Of a stretch of DNA of 39,508 bases, positions 26,802 to 36,480 are shown piece after piece. The position numbers were made by a program, and so were the translations under genes. Each line of letters starts with the position of its first letter. Positions within the stretch are counted from its first letter, which is position 1. The DNA lies in IMG/VR virus record IMGVR_UViG_3300027373_000001, positions 1 through 39,508 of that record; one strand, 5' to 3'. Source of the DNA: a virus (Duplodnaviria; Caudoviricetes). A model generated the notes under the pieces. The model saw nothing but the letters and a program-made list of their open reading frames with translations, ran no database searches and was not told the DNA's origin.

Positions 26802-28311
26802 ACTTGATATATCCATAGGCGCCGATTCGTCCGGCGCCGTTTCCGCTTTCGACAGCCTCGAGAACTCTGTTGAGAAGCTCGACAAGAACGTCACCAACTT
26901 CGGCAACAAGATCCAGAAGCCTATCACCCAGATAGGATTGAGCCTTTACGCGCAGGAACTGTCCCGGTCTATCGGCCTTTCCGGTGCCGCCGGCCAGGCC
27001 GCCTCCGTGCTGTCTGCCAGCCTCACCCGCCTCGGCAGCTCTTTCCAGTTCCTGTCCGGGCCGTCCGGGCTGGCCATAGCGGGCGTTATCGCCTTGAGCG
27101 GGGCGATCTACAAGGCGATTAACTACAACAAGGAGCACCAGGAGAAGCTCGAGGACAGCATAGCCTCGCAGACAAAGGCTCTCGAGTCTACCGATTCCCT
27201 GAAAGACAGCATCGAGCGTTACAAGGAAGTGGTCAACAAGACCACGCCTGAACTTGACGCGCTCGTTCTGGCCACAGATAAGTACACCACCGCCCAGAGC
27301 AAGCTGTTGTCCCTTGACCTGCAGAAGCAACTCTCCGAACTCAAAAAGGAACTCGAGGGCGTACACAAGGCGCACCAGGCGGAGGTCGAAGGCACCGCCG
27401 CTTCTGCCGCCACCATGGACCGCTGGTCCTCCGGGACCAAGGACGCAAAATCCGCGCTTGACGCCCTCAACAAGGCCACGCTGAAAGAGGAGGAGGACTC
27501 CGCCCGCCTTAAAATGCGGATATCCGAACTCGAGGACATGCTGGCCCGCTACGCCAAGACCGGCCGGCTGGTATCCAGCCAGCGGTTCTACAAAGAGCAG
27601 GCGGACGAGGCCGAGGAGGCCGCAAGGAAAGAGGCGGAAGCCCAGAAGAAGATAACCGACGCGCTGCGGCGCGAGGACGAGTATCGGCGCCGCCTGTACC
27701 GGGAGAGCCTGGCATTTGTCAAGGCGATTATCGACAGCCGCTACAACATGGAGATAGCGGCCTACCACGGCACCGGGGCGCAGGCCGCAGTGGCCGCCAA
27801 GATGGTGCAGGACGCCTACGGCAACGCCTACATGACCATGACCAAGGGCGCAGGCGACGCTTTCGCCGCCATGGCCGTAGACGGCGAGAAGTTCAACAAG
27901 AGCATGGACCAGGTGTTCAAGAACGTGGTCAAGAGTTTTATATCGGCCATCGTGGAGATGGAGATACGCTGGGCCGCCTCGCGCTTTATGCGGGCCGTGG
28001 GCCTCGGTATCGTTCCCTCGGCCGAAATGCCCATGACGAAGGCCGCCGTGGGCCTGAATACGGTCGTCAGCCGCCCCACGCTCCTGCTGGTAGGCGAAGG
28101 CGGAGAGGACGAAGAGGTAAAGGTCACACCGCGCAGTCAGGCGCAGATATCCTCCGGGTCCGGGGTCAGCGGCGGCAACGTGTCGGTCACGGTGATAAAC
28201 CACATCAACGGCGGCGGCAAGATAGACACCGCCCGCCTGGCCGACCAGATAGGCAAGCAGGTAATATCCCGCATCCGCGGGCAGGGCGACCTCAACTTCG
28301 TTCGGGGCTAA
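26788..28311 (+). CDS. tape measure protein (short)
   Basis: LDISIGADSSGA start, helical Ala-rich body, C-terminal VSRPTLLLVGEGGEDE. Confidence 0.88.
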   Translation: MEDPKLDISIGADSSGAVSAFDSLENSVEKLDKNVTNFGNKIQKPITQIGLSLYAQELSRSIGLSGAAGQAASVLSASLTRLGSSFQFLSGPSGLAIAGVIALSGAIYKAINYNKEHQEKLEDSIASQTKALESTDSLKDSIERYKEVVNKTTPELDALVLATDKYTTAQSKLLSLDLQKQLSELKKELEGVHKAHQAEVEGTAASAATMDRWSSGTKDAKSALDALNKATLKEEEDSARLKMRISELEDMLARYAKTGRLVSSQRFYKEQADEAEEAARKEAEAQKKITDALRREDEYRRRLYRESLAFVKAIIDSRYNMEIAAYHGTGAQAAVAAKMVQDAYGNAYMTMTKGAGDAFAAMAVDGEKFNKSMDQVFKNVVKSFISAIVEMEIRWAASRFMRAVGLGIVPSAEMPMTKAAVGLNTVVSRPTLLLVGEGGEDEEVKVTPRSQAQISSGSGVSGGNVSVTVINHINGGGKIDTARLADQIGKQVISRIRGQGDLNFVRG

Positions 28312-28314
28312 ATT

Positions 28315-28938
28315 ATGGCATGGACAACTTTTAAACTTGGCAGGCCGGGCAGCGAGTACGAGTTCACGGTTCCCGGGAACCCGCAGGCGCTCTCCATCGA
28401 CAACCGGAACATCCGGGTCCTGCAGTCGAATATCGAGGGAGACCTTAAAAAGTCTACCGTCAAGCTGTACGTCCCTTCTATCAGGATGAACTCCAACTAT
28501 CTGCCGTTCGACGAGCGCAACAAGCTGGCCTCCCTGATGAACATAACGGACGCCTTCCTTTCGTTCATGCTGCGCGACGACTTCCTGATATCGGCCGAGA
28601 AGGCGCTCCCGGTAGACGTCAACACGGTCAACATCGCCAATTCCAGTATCCTGCGCCTTGAGCAGGCCCTCCTGGCCGCCAGCGCCTCTGGGCACATCAC
28701 GATAACGGGCGTGTTCCTTAACGCGGCCGGGACCGGGACGAACTACTACACCAGCGGCAGCTTTGACGGAACCACCGGGGCGATAACGCTCGGGACTCCG
28801 GTAGCGGACGCCACGGTTCCGGTTTACGTCTTTTACACCTATAAGGGCTGGCTGGTGGAAATAGAGGAGATCAGCGACTCGATCGCTGGCGGCCGTTCCA
28901 ACTTATTCTCCTACGACATGGCGTTAAGAGGTGCCTGA
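28315..28938 (+). CDS. distal tail (Dit-like) protein
   Basis: Position directly after the TMP; size. Confidence 0.55.
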   Translation: MAWTTFKLGRPGSEYEFTVPGNPQALSIDNRNIRVLQSNIEGDLKKSTVKLYVPSIRMNSNYLPFDERNKLASLMNITDAFLSFMLRDDFLISAEKALPVDVNTVNIANSSILRLEQALLAASASGHITITGVFLNAAGTGTNYYTSGSFDGTTGAITLGTPVADATVPVYVFYTYKGWLVEIEEISDSIAGGRSNLFSYDMALRGA

Positions 28939-31900
28939 TGTTGTCAGTATCCGCCGCTTTCAAAGCAGAGGAGGCCGCAGACGGTAACCGTCCGCGGCTT
29001 CGGGCTAATCTGTTCTTCGGGAACTATGCGCTCCTGCAGACGGCTGCTTCCAGCGGTGCCTATTCGGCGGACTTCCCTGCGGCCGGAGCGGTAAACGGCG
29101 ACAGGACCGAGATCAACATCGGCGCCGCGGCGAACGCCGACAACGGTATCGGCCAGGCTTCGTTCAAATCCTCCGGGGTGCCGGACACCGACCCGGCCGA
29201 CTCGGTCTGGTGGAGCGTTACCTTCTCGGCCGCCAAGTACATCAACTCCCTAAAAATATACCAGCGGGCGGGCCACGGCCTGACGGAATATTGGGTGGAC
29301 GCCTATTTCGAGGGCGCTTGGGTGCCGATAGCGCACCGTGTGGCCGGCGGGTCCGGGTACGTGGGCTCCACGACCATGCCTGCAGGCTACGGTGACGAAC
29401 CCTACGGCGACACGCCCTACGGCTCCCCCTGGCCGCCTTACCTCGAGGGCGAATGGCCGCTCACCCTAGCCGAGATAGACCTCGGGTTTGATATCTTCGC
29501 TGGCGGCATACGGATACGAGCGGTTATCACGGAAGTTTCCAACGACTACATGGAACTCGTGGCCGTAGAGGCGTATCGCAAGGTAGACGTCAGCGAACGG
29601 GTCCTGTCCTGCGATATCCAGAAGAAGCGCGACTTCCGATTTGAGAACACGCTGGCGTTCACGGCCGACGTTACCTTTTCCAACACCGACAAGTTCTTTT
29701 CGTCCGGATATACGCCCACGGATGATGAACGCGAGGCCGGGTTCACCAACGAGGATTTCCGCTCCGGTGTAAAGATAGATGTGGACTTCGGCTTTGACCT
29801 CGGCAATCAGGTGGAATATGCCGACGGGTACACCGGCTACATCAACACCATAGTGGACGACACCCAGGCGAGGACGTGCGACGTCACCTGCAGGGACTAC
29901 ACGCAGTTCCTCATCAGCCGAAAGGATTTCAGCCCCGCCAAGTTCAACGTGCTTATAGAGGACGCTGTCGAGTACGTTCTCAACCGCTACAACGTCAGCA
30001 GCTACGAGATGGACGTGGACTCTACCTATCGGCCGATGGTGGTGTTCTTCACGAACGGGCAGTACGGCCTGGACGCTATACGCTATCTGGCGAAGGCGGC
30101 CACGGACGGCGACTTCTTTTTTTCAGAGAGCGGCCGCGCCACGTTCAAGAACTACGCCAGCCAGAACGAGTTCTCCATCAATTCCTATGAGAAGTGGCTC
30201 AACTACGACACGGCCACCAACGTGACCCTCGACACACCGCAGGGCTGTATCCGCCGCAACTTCATCTACGACAATTTCGGCGAGGAAAAGTTCGACAGCG
30301 ATAAATGGCAGATCGTGCAGGAGGAGGGGGAAGGCAAGATTGAGATAGTGGACATAGGCGTCGCGCCAGCCACCGAGTACGCCATGCACGTCTACAACTC
30401 TTCCCGCAAGGTCGCCAACCAGGCCCCGGAGACGAACACGAAGAAGGAGATGGTGGGCCTGCTGCCGCTGAACGCCGCCACGCCCATCAACGTCTGGTTC
30501 GATCTCTGGATAGCGAACCTGTCCAACGGAATATCCAATTCCAGCGACGGCATTTTCTTTCAGGTAGGCGTCAACAACGGCACCGTGCAGAACGTCTCTG
30601 CCTATCTGACCGTTCCGGTAATGAACCGGGCGGGATATTATCTCATCTTCCAGCAGGGCAAAACCGGATTGAGCCAGGAGGGCGACAGCACCCTCCGTAT
30701 AATCCGGGTGGACGCCGCCGGCAACAAGACCGTTATAGGCTACCTGCAGAACTACGGAATCCCGACCAGCAAGACCCGTTTCCTGATGCAGAAGAACGGC
30801 ACCTCGTGGAACATCTACGCCAACGGCGTGAATATCCTGTCGGCCACAGAAACCGGCACGGAAATCACCGGCCTGCAGTACCTGCAGGTGGTGGACTTCG
30901 CCCGGACGGAATATCAAGCCGCGGCCAGCGCAGAGAGCGTATCGGCCGATCTCTACTTCCAGAACCTGATGTACGGATACAGCACCGGGGCCACGGCCAC
31001 GTACATCACCCAGATTATAGACCGCGGCCCGAACTACACGGACGCCGGGTCCGTGCTGGCCGAGGTTTACGCGACAGCGAACGGCACCGCCGACTTCTAC
31101 GTTCGCCTTTCAAGCGACGGCACCACGTGGGGTTCCTGGCTGGCTATATCGCCGCCGGCCGATCTGTCCGGCTTCGGGTCGTACCGCTATGTTCAGATAA
31201 AAATAGAGATGGGCGGCAGCCTGTTCTATGACGTGGAACTGCCGATAATCTCCGAGGTCGCGGTCACCTGGGCGGAAGCGAACTCGAAGTATCCGGCTTC
31301 CGCCAACATATCCCTTCGGGGGAAAATGCTGGACAGCCGCCTCAACCGGACGAACACGCTGGCGGGCGACAACATCATCTACAACAAGTTCACGGTCTAC
31401 TCCACTATGCCCGTGCTGGAAGGCTCCGATACGGACGAGCTGTTCAACTTCTTTGACGACAGCGGCTACATATCCTCCATCAAGCCGAAGTACATCACGG
31501 CCGATACCGACTTCGAGGCGATCATAGCGGACGGCATGGATACCCTCTACATGGACGGCTCCAACCCGGCCGCTATATTCATGACGTTCAAGAGCGGCGA
31601 CAGCACGGCCGAGTTCATCTACAAGAGCCCGGTGCGGCCGAAGATTCGAATTAACGTGACGAGCGCCACGCTCCTGACCAGCCTCAAGCTGTTGGGTAAG
31701 AAATGGCAACGCGATCAGAAGTTCACGTATCAGTACACAGACACCGACTCGCAGAAACTTTACGAGGAGCGGGAGTTCACGTATTCCAGCGACTTCATTC
31801 AGTCGCAGACCCACGCCCAGCAGATAGCGACGAAGGTCGTCGCTCTCTACAAGGAACAGAAGGTGTTCTTCGAGGACATCACCATCCGGCCGACCTTCTC

Positions 31901-32051
31901 GCTGCAGCTCAACGACCGGCCCACCATCTACGACGCCCACGAGGGGCTCAACGAGGACTTCTACATAGTGGCGATAAAGCACCACTACTCGGTGGACGAT
32001 TCTGGCGAGGCGGACGTGCATACTGTTATATCGCCTGTGAAAATCATATAA
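28938..32051 (+). CDS. tail tip / hub protein with carbohydrate-binding-like inserted domains
   Basis: 1037 aa; discoidin-like N-part (GAVNGD...WWSVTF...INSLKIY), DGDFFFSESGRATFK, DTDSQKLYEER, LQLNDR. Confidence 0.8.
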   Translation: MLSVSAAFKAEEAADGNRPRLRANLFFGNYALLQTAASSGAYSADFPAAGAVNGDRTEINIGAAANADNGIGQASFKSSGVPDTDPADSVWWSVTFSAAKYINSLKIYQRAGHGLTEYWVDAYFEGAWVPIAHRVAGGSGYVGSTTMPAGYGDEPYGDTPYGSPWPPYLEGEWPLTLAEIDLGFDIFAGGIRIRAVITEVSNDYMELVAVEAYRKVDVSERVLSCDIQKKRDFRFENTLAFTADVTFSNTDKFFSSGYTPTDDEREAGFTNEDFRSGVKIDVDFGFDLGNQVEYADGYTGYINTIVDDTQARTCDVTCRDYTQFLISRKDFSPAKFNVLIEDAVEYVLNRYNVSSYEMDVDSTYRPMVVFFTNGQYGLDAIRYLAKAATDGDFFFSESGRATFKNYASQNEFSINSYEKWLNYDTATNVTLDTPQGCIRRNFIYDNFGEEKFDSDKWQIVQEEGEGKIEIVDIGVAPATEYAMHVYNSSRKVANQAPETNTKKEMVGLLPLNAATPINVWFDLWIANLSNGISNSSDGIFFQVGVNNGTVQNVSAYLTVPVMNRAGYYLIFQQGKTGLSQEGDSTLRIIRVDAAGNKTVIGYLQNYGIPTSKTRFLMQKNGTSWNIYANGVNILSATETGTEITGLQYLQVVDFARTEYQAAASAESVSADLYFQNLMYGYSTGATATYITQIIDRGPNYTDAGSVLAEVYATANGTADFYVRLSSDGTTWGSWLAISPPADLSGFGSYRYVQIKIEMGGSLFYDVELPIISEVAVTWAEANSKYPASANISLRGKMLDSRLNRTNTLAGDNIIYNKFTVYSTMPVLEGSDTDELFNFFDDSGYISSIKPKYITADTDFEAIIADGMDTLYMDGSNPAAIFMTFKSGDSTAEFIYKSPVRPKIRINVTSATLLTSLKLLGKKWQRDQKFTYQYTDTDSQKLYEEREFTYSSDFIQSQTHAQQIATKVVALYKEQKVFFEDITIRPTFSLQLNDRPTIYDAHEGLNEDFYIVAIKHHYSVDDSGEADVHTVISPVKII

Positions 32052-33373
32052 TGAGGAAACTTATGATGAATAAAATAATCGGCGCAGTTCTGATGGCGGT
32101 ATTTTTTTCTTGCCCGTTGTCCGCGGCGGACACGTACACAACGGGCGATATGGTTCTGATTAAACCCGGCAAATCTTCCCTGAATTGGGACGGGAAGATA
32201 AACGGAGACCTAGATATAATATCTTCCAGCGCCGCGACAAAATCTTCAACCCAGACGTTTACAGGCCAGAACACGTTCTCCAACAAGGTCGGCATCCTCG
32301 GCCCTGTGGCGGCCACCTACGGCCTGGCGATAAGCACCACCGCAAGTATCTCCGGCAAACTGACCACCACGGTCGCCTCCGATATTCTCGACTGGACCTA
32401 TATCGGATACACCAGCACGTTCTTCGGTTCCCACAACGGGGCCATCTCCGGAGACGACGGTTTCGGCTTCTACGACAAATCGAACACGTGGAACGGCCGG
32501 CTGGACCTTGGCCTGATATACGGCCCGCAGCTTCACGGCAAAGGGGCCATAGGCGCTCCGCTGCTGGGCCTGAACACCAGCACCCCGAAGGTCGCTCTGG
32601 ACGTCCTGGGCGGCATCGTGGCCAGCTCTTCCATTACGGCCAACGGCAACTTCTACGGCAACGGCGCGACCCTCTCCGGGGTCATCCAGTCCACGGCCAC
32701 GGGCAACTATCTGCTCCGTGTAGCCACAGCCACGTACCTTGCCACGGCTCCCGGCACCTGTTCCGCGGGACAGTACATCACCGGCTTGGCCGCAGACGGA
32801 ACAAAGACTTGCGAAACTCCGGCAGGCGCGGGCGATATGCTTTTAGGCACAGCGCAGACCGTAACCGCGGCTAAGACATTCAATACTTCTGCCCCAATTA
32901 CAGCCAGCAGCGCTACAGTATCAAGCATTACAGTAAATAATTTTTTAACAGGGCCGGGGATATTTAAAACAGCTTCTTCTGGGACTCTATTTGGCGGTGG
33001 GACACTTGCCGACACCGGAGTAGGAACCTATGCCGCAGCTTGTTTTCAAGGGTCAACGGTTACATTTACAACCAATGGAAATCCCACCCTTGTAGTCTCA
33101 AACTTTCAGGCCATGTGCTCTGCAACCGCAGACGCTGGTAGTTTGAGGTTACTTATAGATTCGGGAGCGGCAACGTATGTGCTGGGGACTTTCACCCAAG
33201 TTACAAATTCTTATCAGTCCTATTTAAACACCTTCGGGTTCATGTCCTTGTCTGCCGGGACACATACATTCTGCGTTCAATCAGCCAACGGAGGCGCTGG
33301 AACTACGACGTATTATTCTTCGGGCGGATATGGAAGCAAGCAGATGGGCTATACGCTGGTGAATTTCCCATGA
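32051..33373 (+). CDS. tail fibre / receptor-binding-like protein with signal-peptide-like N-terminus
   Basis: LIKPG...WDGKINGDLDII anchor, QTFTGQNTF, GLNTSTPKVALDV, FYGNGATLSG, AQTVTAAKTF. Confidence 0.75.
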   Translation: MRKLMMNKIIGAVLMAVFFSCPLSAADTYTTGDMVLIKPGKSSLNWDGKINGDLDIISSSAATKSSTQTFTGQNTFSNKVGILGPVAATYGLAISTTASISGKLTTTVASDILDWTYIGYTSTFFGSHNGAISGDDGFGFYDKSNTWNGRLDLGLIYGPQLHGKGAIGAPLLGLNTSTPKVALDVLGGIVASSSITANGNFYGNGATLSGVIQSTATGNYLLRVATATYLATAPGTCSAGQYITGLAADGTKTCETPAGAGDMLLGTAQTVTAAKTFNTSAPITASSATVSSITVNNFLTGPGIFKTASSGTLFGGGTLADTGVGTYAAACFQGSTVTFTTNGNPTLVVSNFQAMCSATADAGSLRLLIDSGAATYVLGTFTQVTNSYQSYLNTFGFMSLSAGTHTFCVQSANGGAGTTTYYSSGGYGSKQMGYTLVNFP

Positions 33374-33879
33374 TTACTTTGCTTCTTCCCTTGGCCGCCC
33401 TCGCCGAACTGATAAAGCGCCCCATCTTCTGGGCGCTCTATCCGCTGGCCTACGCGCTCCGCAAAAGGATACGCGAACGGCTCACCTTCTGGCCGTACCG
33501 CTTCCTGTGGCTTGCGCTCGACTCAACGATATGGCGCGAGAACATGCTCGTCTACAACAAGGACGTCGAGTTCTGCTGGTACGGCAAGCGCAGCGCCTTC
33601 GTCGAGAAGTATCTGCCCTACGACTTCGCCCGCTCGTTCTACTGGGGCGCGTGGCGCAACAACGGCATCAACTTCATGACCCTGACCGAGGGCTGGGTGG
33701 GCGCGAAGATCTCTGCGGTCCGCAAGTGGGAGAGCGGTAAGTCCTTCTACGAGGTCCGCACGTTCGCGCATGGCGCTGCGCTGCCCTATCTCGAGTTCTG
33801 GCCGAAGCCCGGCTTCCGCGTACAGTGCGGATGGATAACGTGCGGCCGCTTCCAGCTGCAGGCGAGGACCTACCCGTGA
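33370..33879 (+). CDS. hypothetical Trp-rich protein
   Basis: YWGAWRNNG motif; ATGA coupling. Confidence 0.65.
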   Translation: MITLLLPLAALAELIKRPIFWALYPLAYALRKRIRERLTFWPYRFLWLALDSTIWRENMLVYNKDVEFCWYGKRSAFVEKYLPYDFARSFYWGAWRNNGINFMTLTEGWVGAKISAVRKWESGKSFYEVRTFAHGAALPYLEFWPKPGFRVQCGWITCGRFQLQARTYP

Positions 33880-34082
33880 AACGCCTCGCCTACCTCTGGG
33901 AGAAATACGGCCCGCCAAAGCTCATAGAGATATTCGACGGCCGCGAGGACTTGGATAAGAAGCCGGAGATACCCAGCGACAAGCGCACAGGCGTGATACG
34001 CAAATTCAAAGAGCTCACCGACAGAGGGCACGACAGACGCAAGGAACTGCTCGCAAAGCTTAAGCGGAAAAGGAAATCATGA
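33876..34082 (+). CDS. hypothetical protein
   Basis: GTGA coupling; GAGG upstream. Confidence 0.5.
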   Translation: MKRLAYLWEKYGPPKLIEIFDGREDLDKKPEIPSDKRTGVIRKFKELTDRGHDRRKELLAKLKRKRKS

Positions 34083-34486
34083 CCACCGAGGAGAAGATAG
34101 ACCGGATACACGACGCGGTTATAAAAATTCAGTCAGATATGACCGCCGGAAAGATTGTCTGCGATACAATCCATAAAGGCGTAGACGAACGCATTGTTGG
34201 CCTACACCGTGCGGTTAAGGGCAACGGACAGCCCGGCCTTGAACAGAAGCACGAGGCGCTGGAGAAAGAGCACGTCGCGCTTACTACCCGCTTCGACAGG
34301 TTTGAGACAAAGGTAATAACCTGGGCGAGTATCGCTATTGTAGTCGGGCAGATTCTCGCGCCGATAGTGGGCGACAAGATCTCGAAAGCATGGCGGGCAG
34401 AAGGTAAGGAGATATCCGCCGCGGCCACGGACCTTAACAGGGCCGCGCCGATTAAGATTTTAGAGGACGACTTATATGCTCGCTAA
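34079..34486 (+). CDS. coiled-coil + single-TM lysis-region protein
   Basis: KGNGQPGL motif, coiled coil, TM VITWASIAIVVGQILAPIV. Confidence 0.65.
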   Translation: MTTEEKIDRIHDAVIKIQSDMTAGKIVCDTIHKGVDERIVGLHRAVKGNGQPGLEQKHEALEKEHVALTTRFDRFETKVITWASIAIVVGQILAPIVGDKISKAWRAEGKEISAAATDLNRAAPIKILEDDLYAR

Positions 34487-34730
34487 ATTCTTGCGCCGCT
34501 GGTTCGGCTCCGTCCGGCTCTCCATGACCCTGCTGGCCGTGCTTGCCGGGCTTGTGGTAGTGGCTTTGGACCTGCGCGGCGCCCTGCGCCTTACCGCGCA
34601 GCTCTACGGCTTCCTCAGCGCCATGCTCGGGGCCGTGGCCGTGTTCGTGTGGAAGGATACCGACAGACCCAGCGGCTACAGCCCCCAGGGCGGCTTCCGC
34701 TACCACGATGACCAGGAGGGAAAACCATGA
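34476..34730 (+). CDS. putative holin (2 TM)
   Basis: Two hydrophobic helices directly upstream of the endolysin. Confidence 0.55.
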   Translation: MLAKFLRRWFGSVRLSMTLLAVLAGLVVVALDLRGALRLTAQLYGFLSAMLGAVAVFVWKDTDRPSGYSPQGGFRYHDDQEGKP

Positions 34731-35236
34731 GCCGCGTGACCGTCAACGAGACGTACCTGACCTTTAAAAGCGCGCTGAAGCCCCGCCAGCGCACCCAGCG
34801 CTTTACCCTGCATTGGCCGGGCCGCCTGCCGGCCGGCTTCGACCTGGATAACCTGGACGCCGCCGCCATCCACAGCTGGCACCTGGACCGTGGCTGGGCC
34901 GGCATCGGCTATCACTACATCATCCGGCCGGACGGCGCCATCGAACGCGGCCGCCCGCGCTGGGCGCTCGGGGCTCACGATGAGGGCGAGAACGCGGACA
35001 GCCTGGGGATATGCGTCCTGTACCAGGAAAGCCCCACAGAGGCCAGCCTTGAGAGCCTGGCGGTCCTTCTGGCTGACCTTGCCGAGATCTACGGCCAGCT
35101 GCCGGACGAGCTGGGCGTGGTGGACGGCCACCGCGACAACGAGCCCCCCGAGACCGCCACGGAATGCCCGGGGGACGTGCTCTACGCTATGCTGCCGGAA
35201 ATCCGCCGGCGCGCGCGGGCGGCGCTGGGGTACTGA
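34727..35236 (+). CDS. endolysin, N-acetylmuramoyl-L-alanine amidase (Amidase_2, T7 lysozyme-like)
   Basis: IHSWH..RGWAGIGYHYII..DG.IE.GRP, GAH..G.N..SLGIC, GHRD, TECPG. Confidence 0.93.
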   Translation: MSRVTVNETYLTFKSALKPRQRTQRFTLHWPGRLPAGFDLDNLDAAAIHSWHLDRGWAGIGYHYIIRPDGAIERGRPRWALGAHDEGENADSLGICVLYQESPTEASLESLAVLLADLAEIYGQLPDELGVVDGHRDNEPPETATECPGDVLYAMLPEIRRRARAALGY

Positions 35237-35237
35237 T

Positions 35238-35414
35238 ATGGGCCACGACCCCGCCCAGGGCGGCCGCCGGCCCGTGATGGTCATCACCAAGAGCTTCGAC
35301 ATCCTGGCGTGGCCCATCATCGGCCCCTGGCTATGCCGTCTTCTGGGCGGCGGCATCGGGCCTCGCAAAGATTCGCAGAAAGCGAAAGCACAAGGAGGAA
35401 AGTATGGAAATTAA
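35238..35414 (+). CDS. small hypothetical protein
   Basis: Fills the gap between the endolysin and the next gene. Confidence 0.4.
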   Translation: MGHDPAQGGRRPVMVITKSFDILAWPIIGPWLCRLLGGGIGPRKDSQKAKAQGGKYGN

Positions 35415-35775
35415 GGAACTGGCGGCAAAGGTGCTGGCGGATATCAAGGACTCGGCAGATATCCTGGACGGCGTGAAGGCGGTCAAGGAGGCGTGGGCCA
35501 GCGAGAGCAACGTTCTCAAGAAAGCGTTCAAGGCGGTCTCTGCCGCGGTGAGCGTGATCACGGAAGTGGTGCAGCGCGTGGAGACGATAGGCGCAGACCT
35601 GAAACTGGCCGGCGACAAGAAGAAAGAGCTGGCCGTGGAGGTGATCAACGCCCTGGTCGACATCCCGTGGGTGCCCGAGGCCCTCGAGGCGCAGCTCATC
35701 GAGTTCGCCATCGACGCCATCGTGGGTGCGTTCAACAAGAAGTTCGGAAAGGACTGGCTGTCTAAAATAGCCTGA
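35404..35775 (+). CDS. hypothetical lysis-region helical protein
   Basis: AAGGAGG RBS; GDKKKELAV...VDIPWVPE motif. Confidence 0.7.
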   Translation: MEIKELAAKVLADIKDSADILDGVKAVKEAWASESNVLKKAFKAVSAAVSVITEVVQRVETIGADLKLAGDKKKELAVEVINALVDIPWVPEALEAQLIEFAIDAIVGAFNKKFGKDWLSKIA

Positions 35776-35936
35776 TGGTTACACCCAAGGCCCGCCCCGT
35801 CGTCCACCGCCACCGCCCGGGGCGGGCCGCCACTTTATCAGATCTACTGAACGGCCTGCTGGCAAGCTGGCAGGCCGTAAAACCCCACATAGAAAGCCGC
35901 CTCCTGCAGTCGGCCCCCCGCCGTAAAAAATAGGAC

Positions 35937-35965
35937 TTGACTGTTTCCGCATCCAATGCTAAGAT
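35937..35965 (+). promoter_or_regulatory. sigma70-type early promoter
   Basis: TTGACT, 17-nt spacer ending TGC, TAAGAT. Confidence 0.75.
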
Positions 35966-35970
35966 ATGGG

Positions 35971-36069
35971 TGTCGAGGATTAGAGCGCGGATTTTTCACA
36001 TATAGGTTTGAGCCCCCGGTGTCCGCGCCTCCCCTCGACAAGGAAGCAAGACCGGGGGCTCCTATTTTT
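35971..36069 (+). ncRNA. structured 5' leader / attenuator-like RNA 1
   Basis: Stem 36010-36020/36051-36061 plus T-run; its loop is complementary to the transcript 5' end. Confidence 0.55.
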
Positions 36070-36082
36070 AGGAGGATACAGT

Positions 36083-36247
36083 ATGAAGAACGAGACCATA
36101 TACGACCGCGCAGAGAGAACCGATCGCTGGGCAAAGGAACGCGAACTTTTAAAGGCCGAGTACAACGCCGCTAAAGAACGCGAGGATTGGACCGCTTGCT
36201 CCCGCGCCGTAGATAAGATGCGGACGCTCGGTGGATGCCCTCGGTGA
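36083..36247 (+). CDS. hypothetical early protein
   Basis: AGGAGG RBS. Confidence 0.65.
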   Translation: MKNETIYDRAERTDRWAKERELLKAEYNAAKEREDWTACSRAVDKMRTLGGCPR

Positions 36248-36260
36248 TAAGGAGAACATT

Positions 36261-36479
36261 ATGGAAATCAAACATCCTGAACGTTTCCCCAAAGAAGGCT
36301 TAAAGCCGGAGGGAATCATCCTCCATCGGGCCAGCACTATCCGGTGGCTTCTGGACTGCATGCGGACGGCGGACACGCCTCAACATGCCACCAGCTATCA
36401 CCGCCGTGCCGTCTACATCGCCAAGTTCACGCAGTACCAGCTCGGCTTCTGCACCCTTGCCGAGGCGGAAAGGAGATAG
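36261..36479 (+). CDS. hypothetical early protein
   Basis: AAGGAG RBS. Confidence 0.6.
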   Translation: MEIKHPERFPKEGLKPEGIILHRASTIRWLLDCMRTADTPQHATSYHRRAVYIAKFTQYQLGFCTLAEAERR

Positions 36480-36480
36480 A

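Noticed and set aside
1151-28695. Long minus-strand ORFs (e.g. 1151-2752, 15049-17055, 20353-21915, 26719-28695)
   Set aside because: Antisense shadows of high-GC3 plus-strand genes, with no motifs recognised.
35775-35933. Hairpins at 35789-35828 and 35851-35878 as a tRNA or ncRNA
   Set aside because: No cloverleaf or T-loop. The region could equally be a 52-aa TGATG-coupled ORF or a late-operon end structure; not resolvable from sequence.
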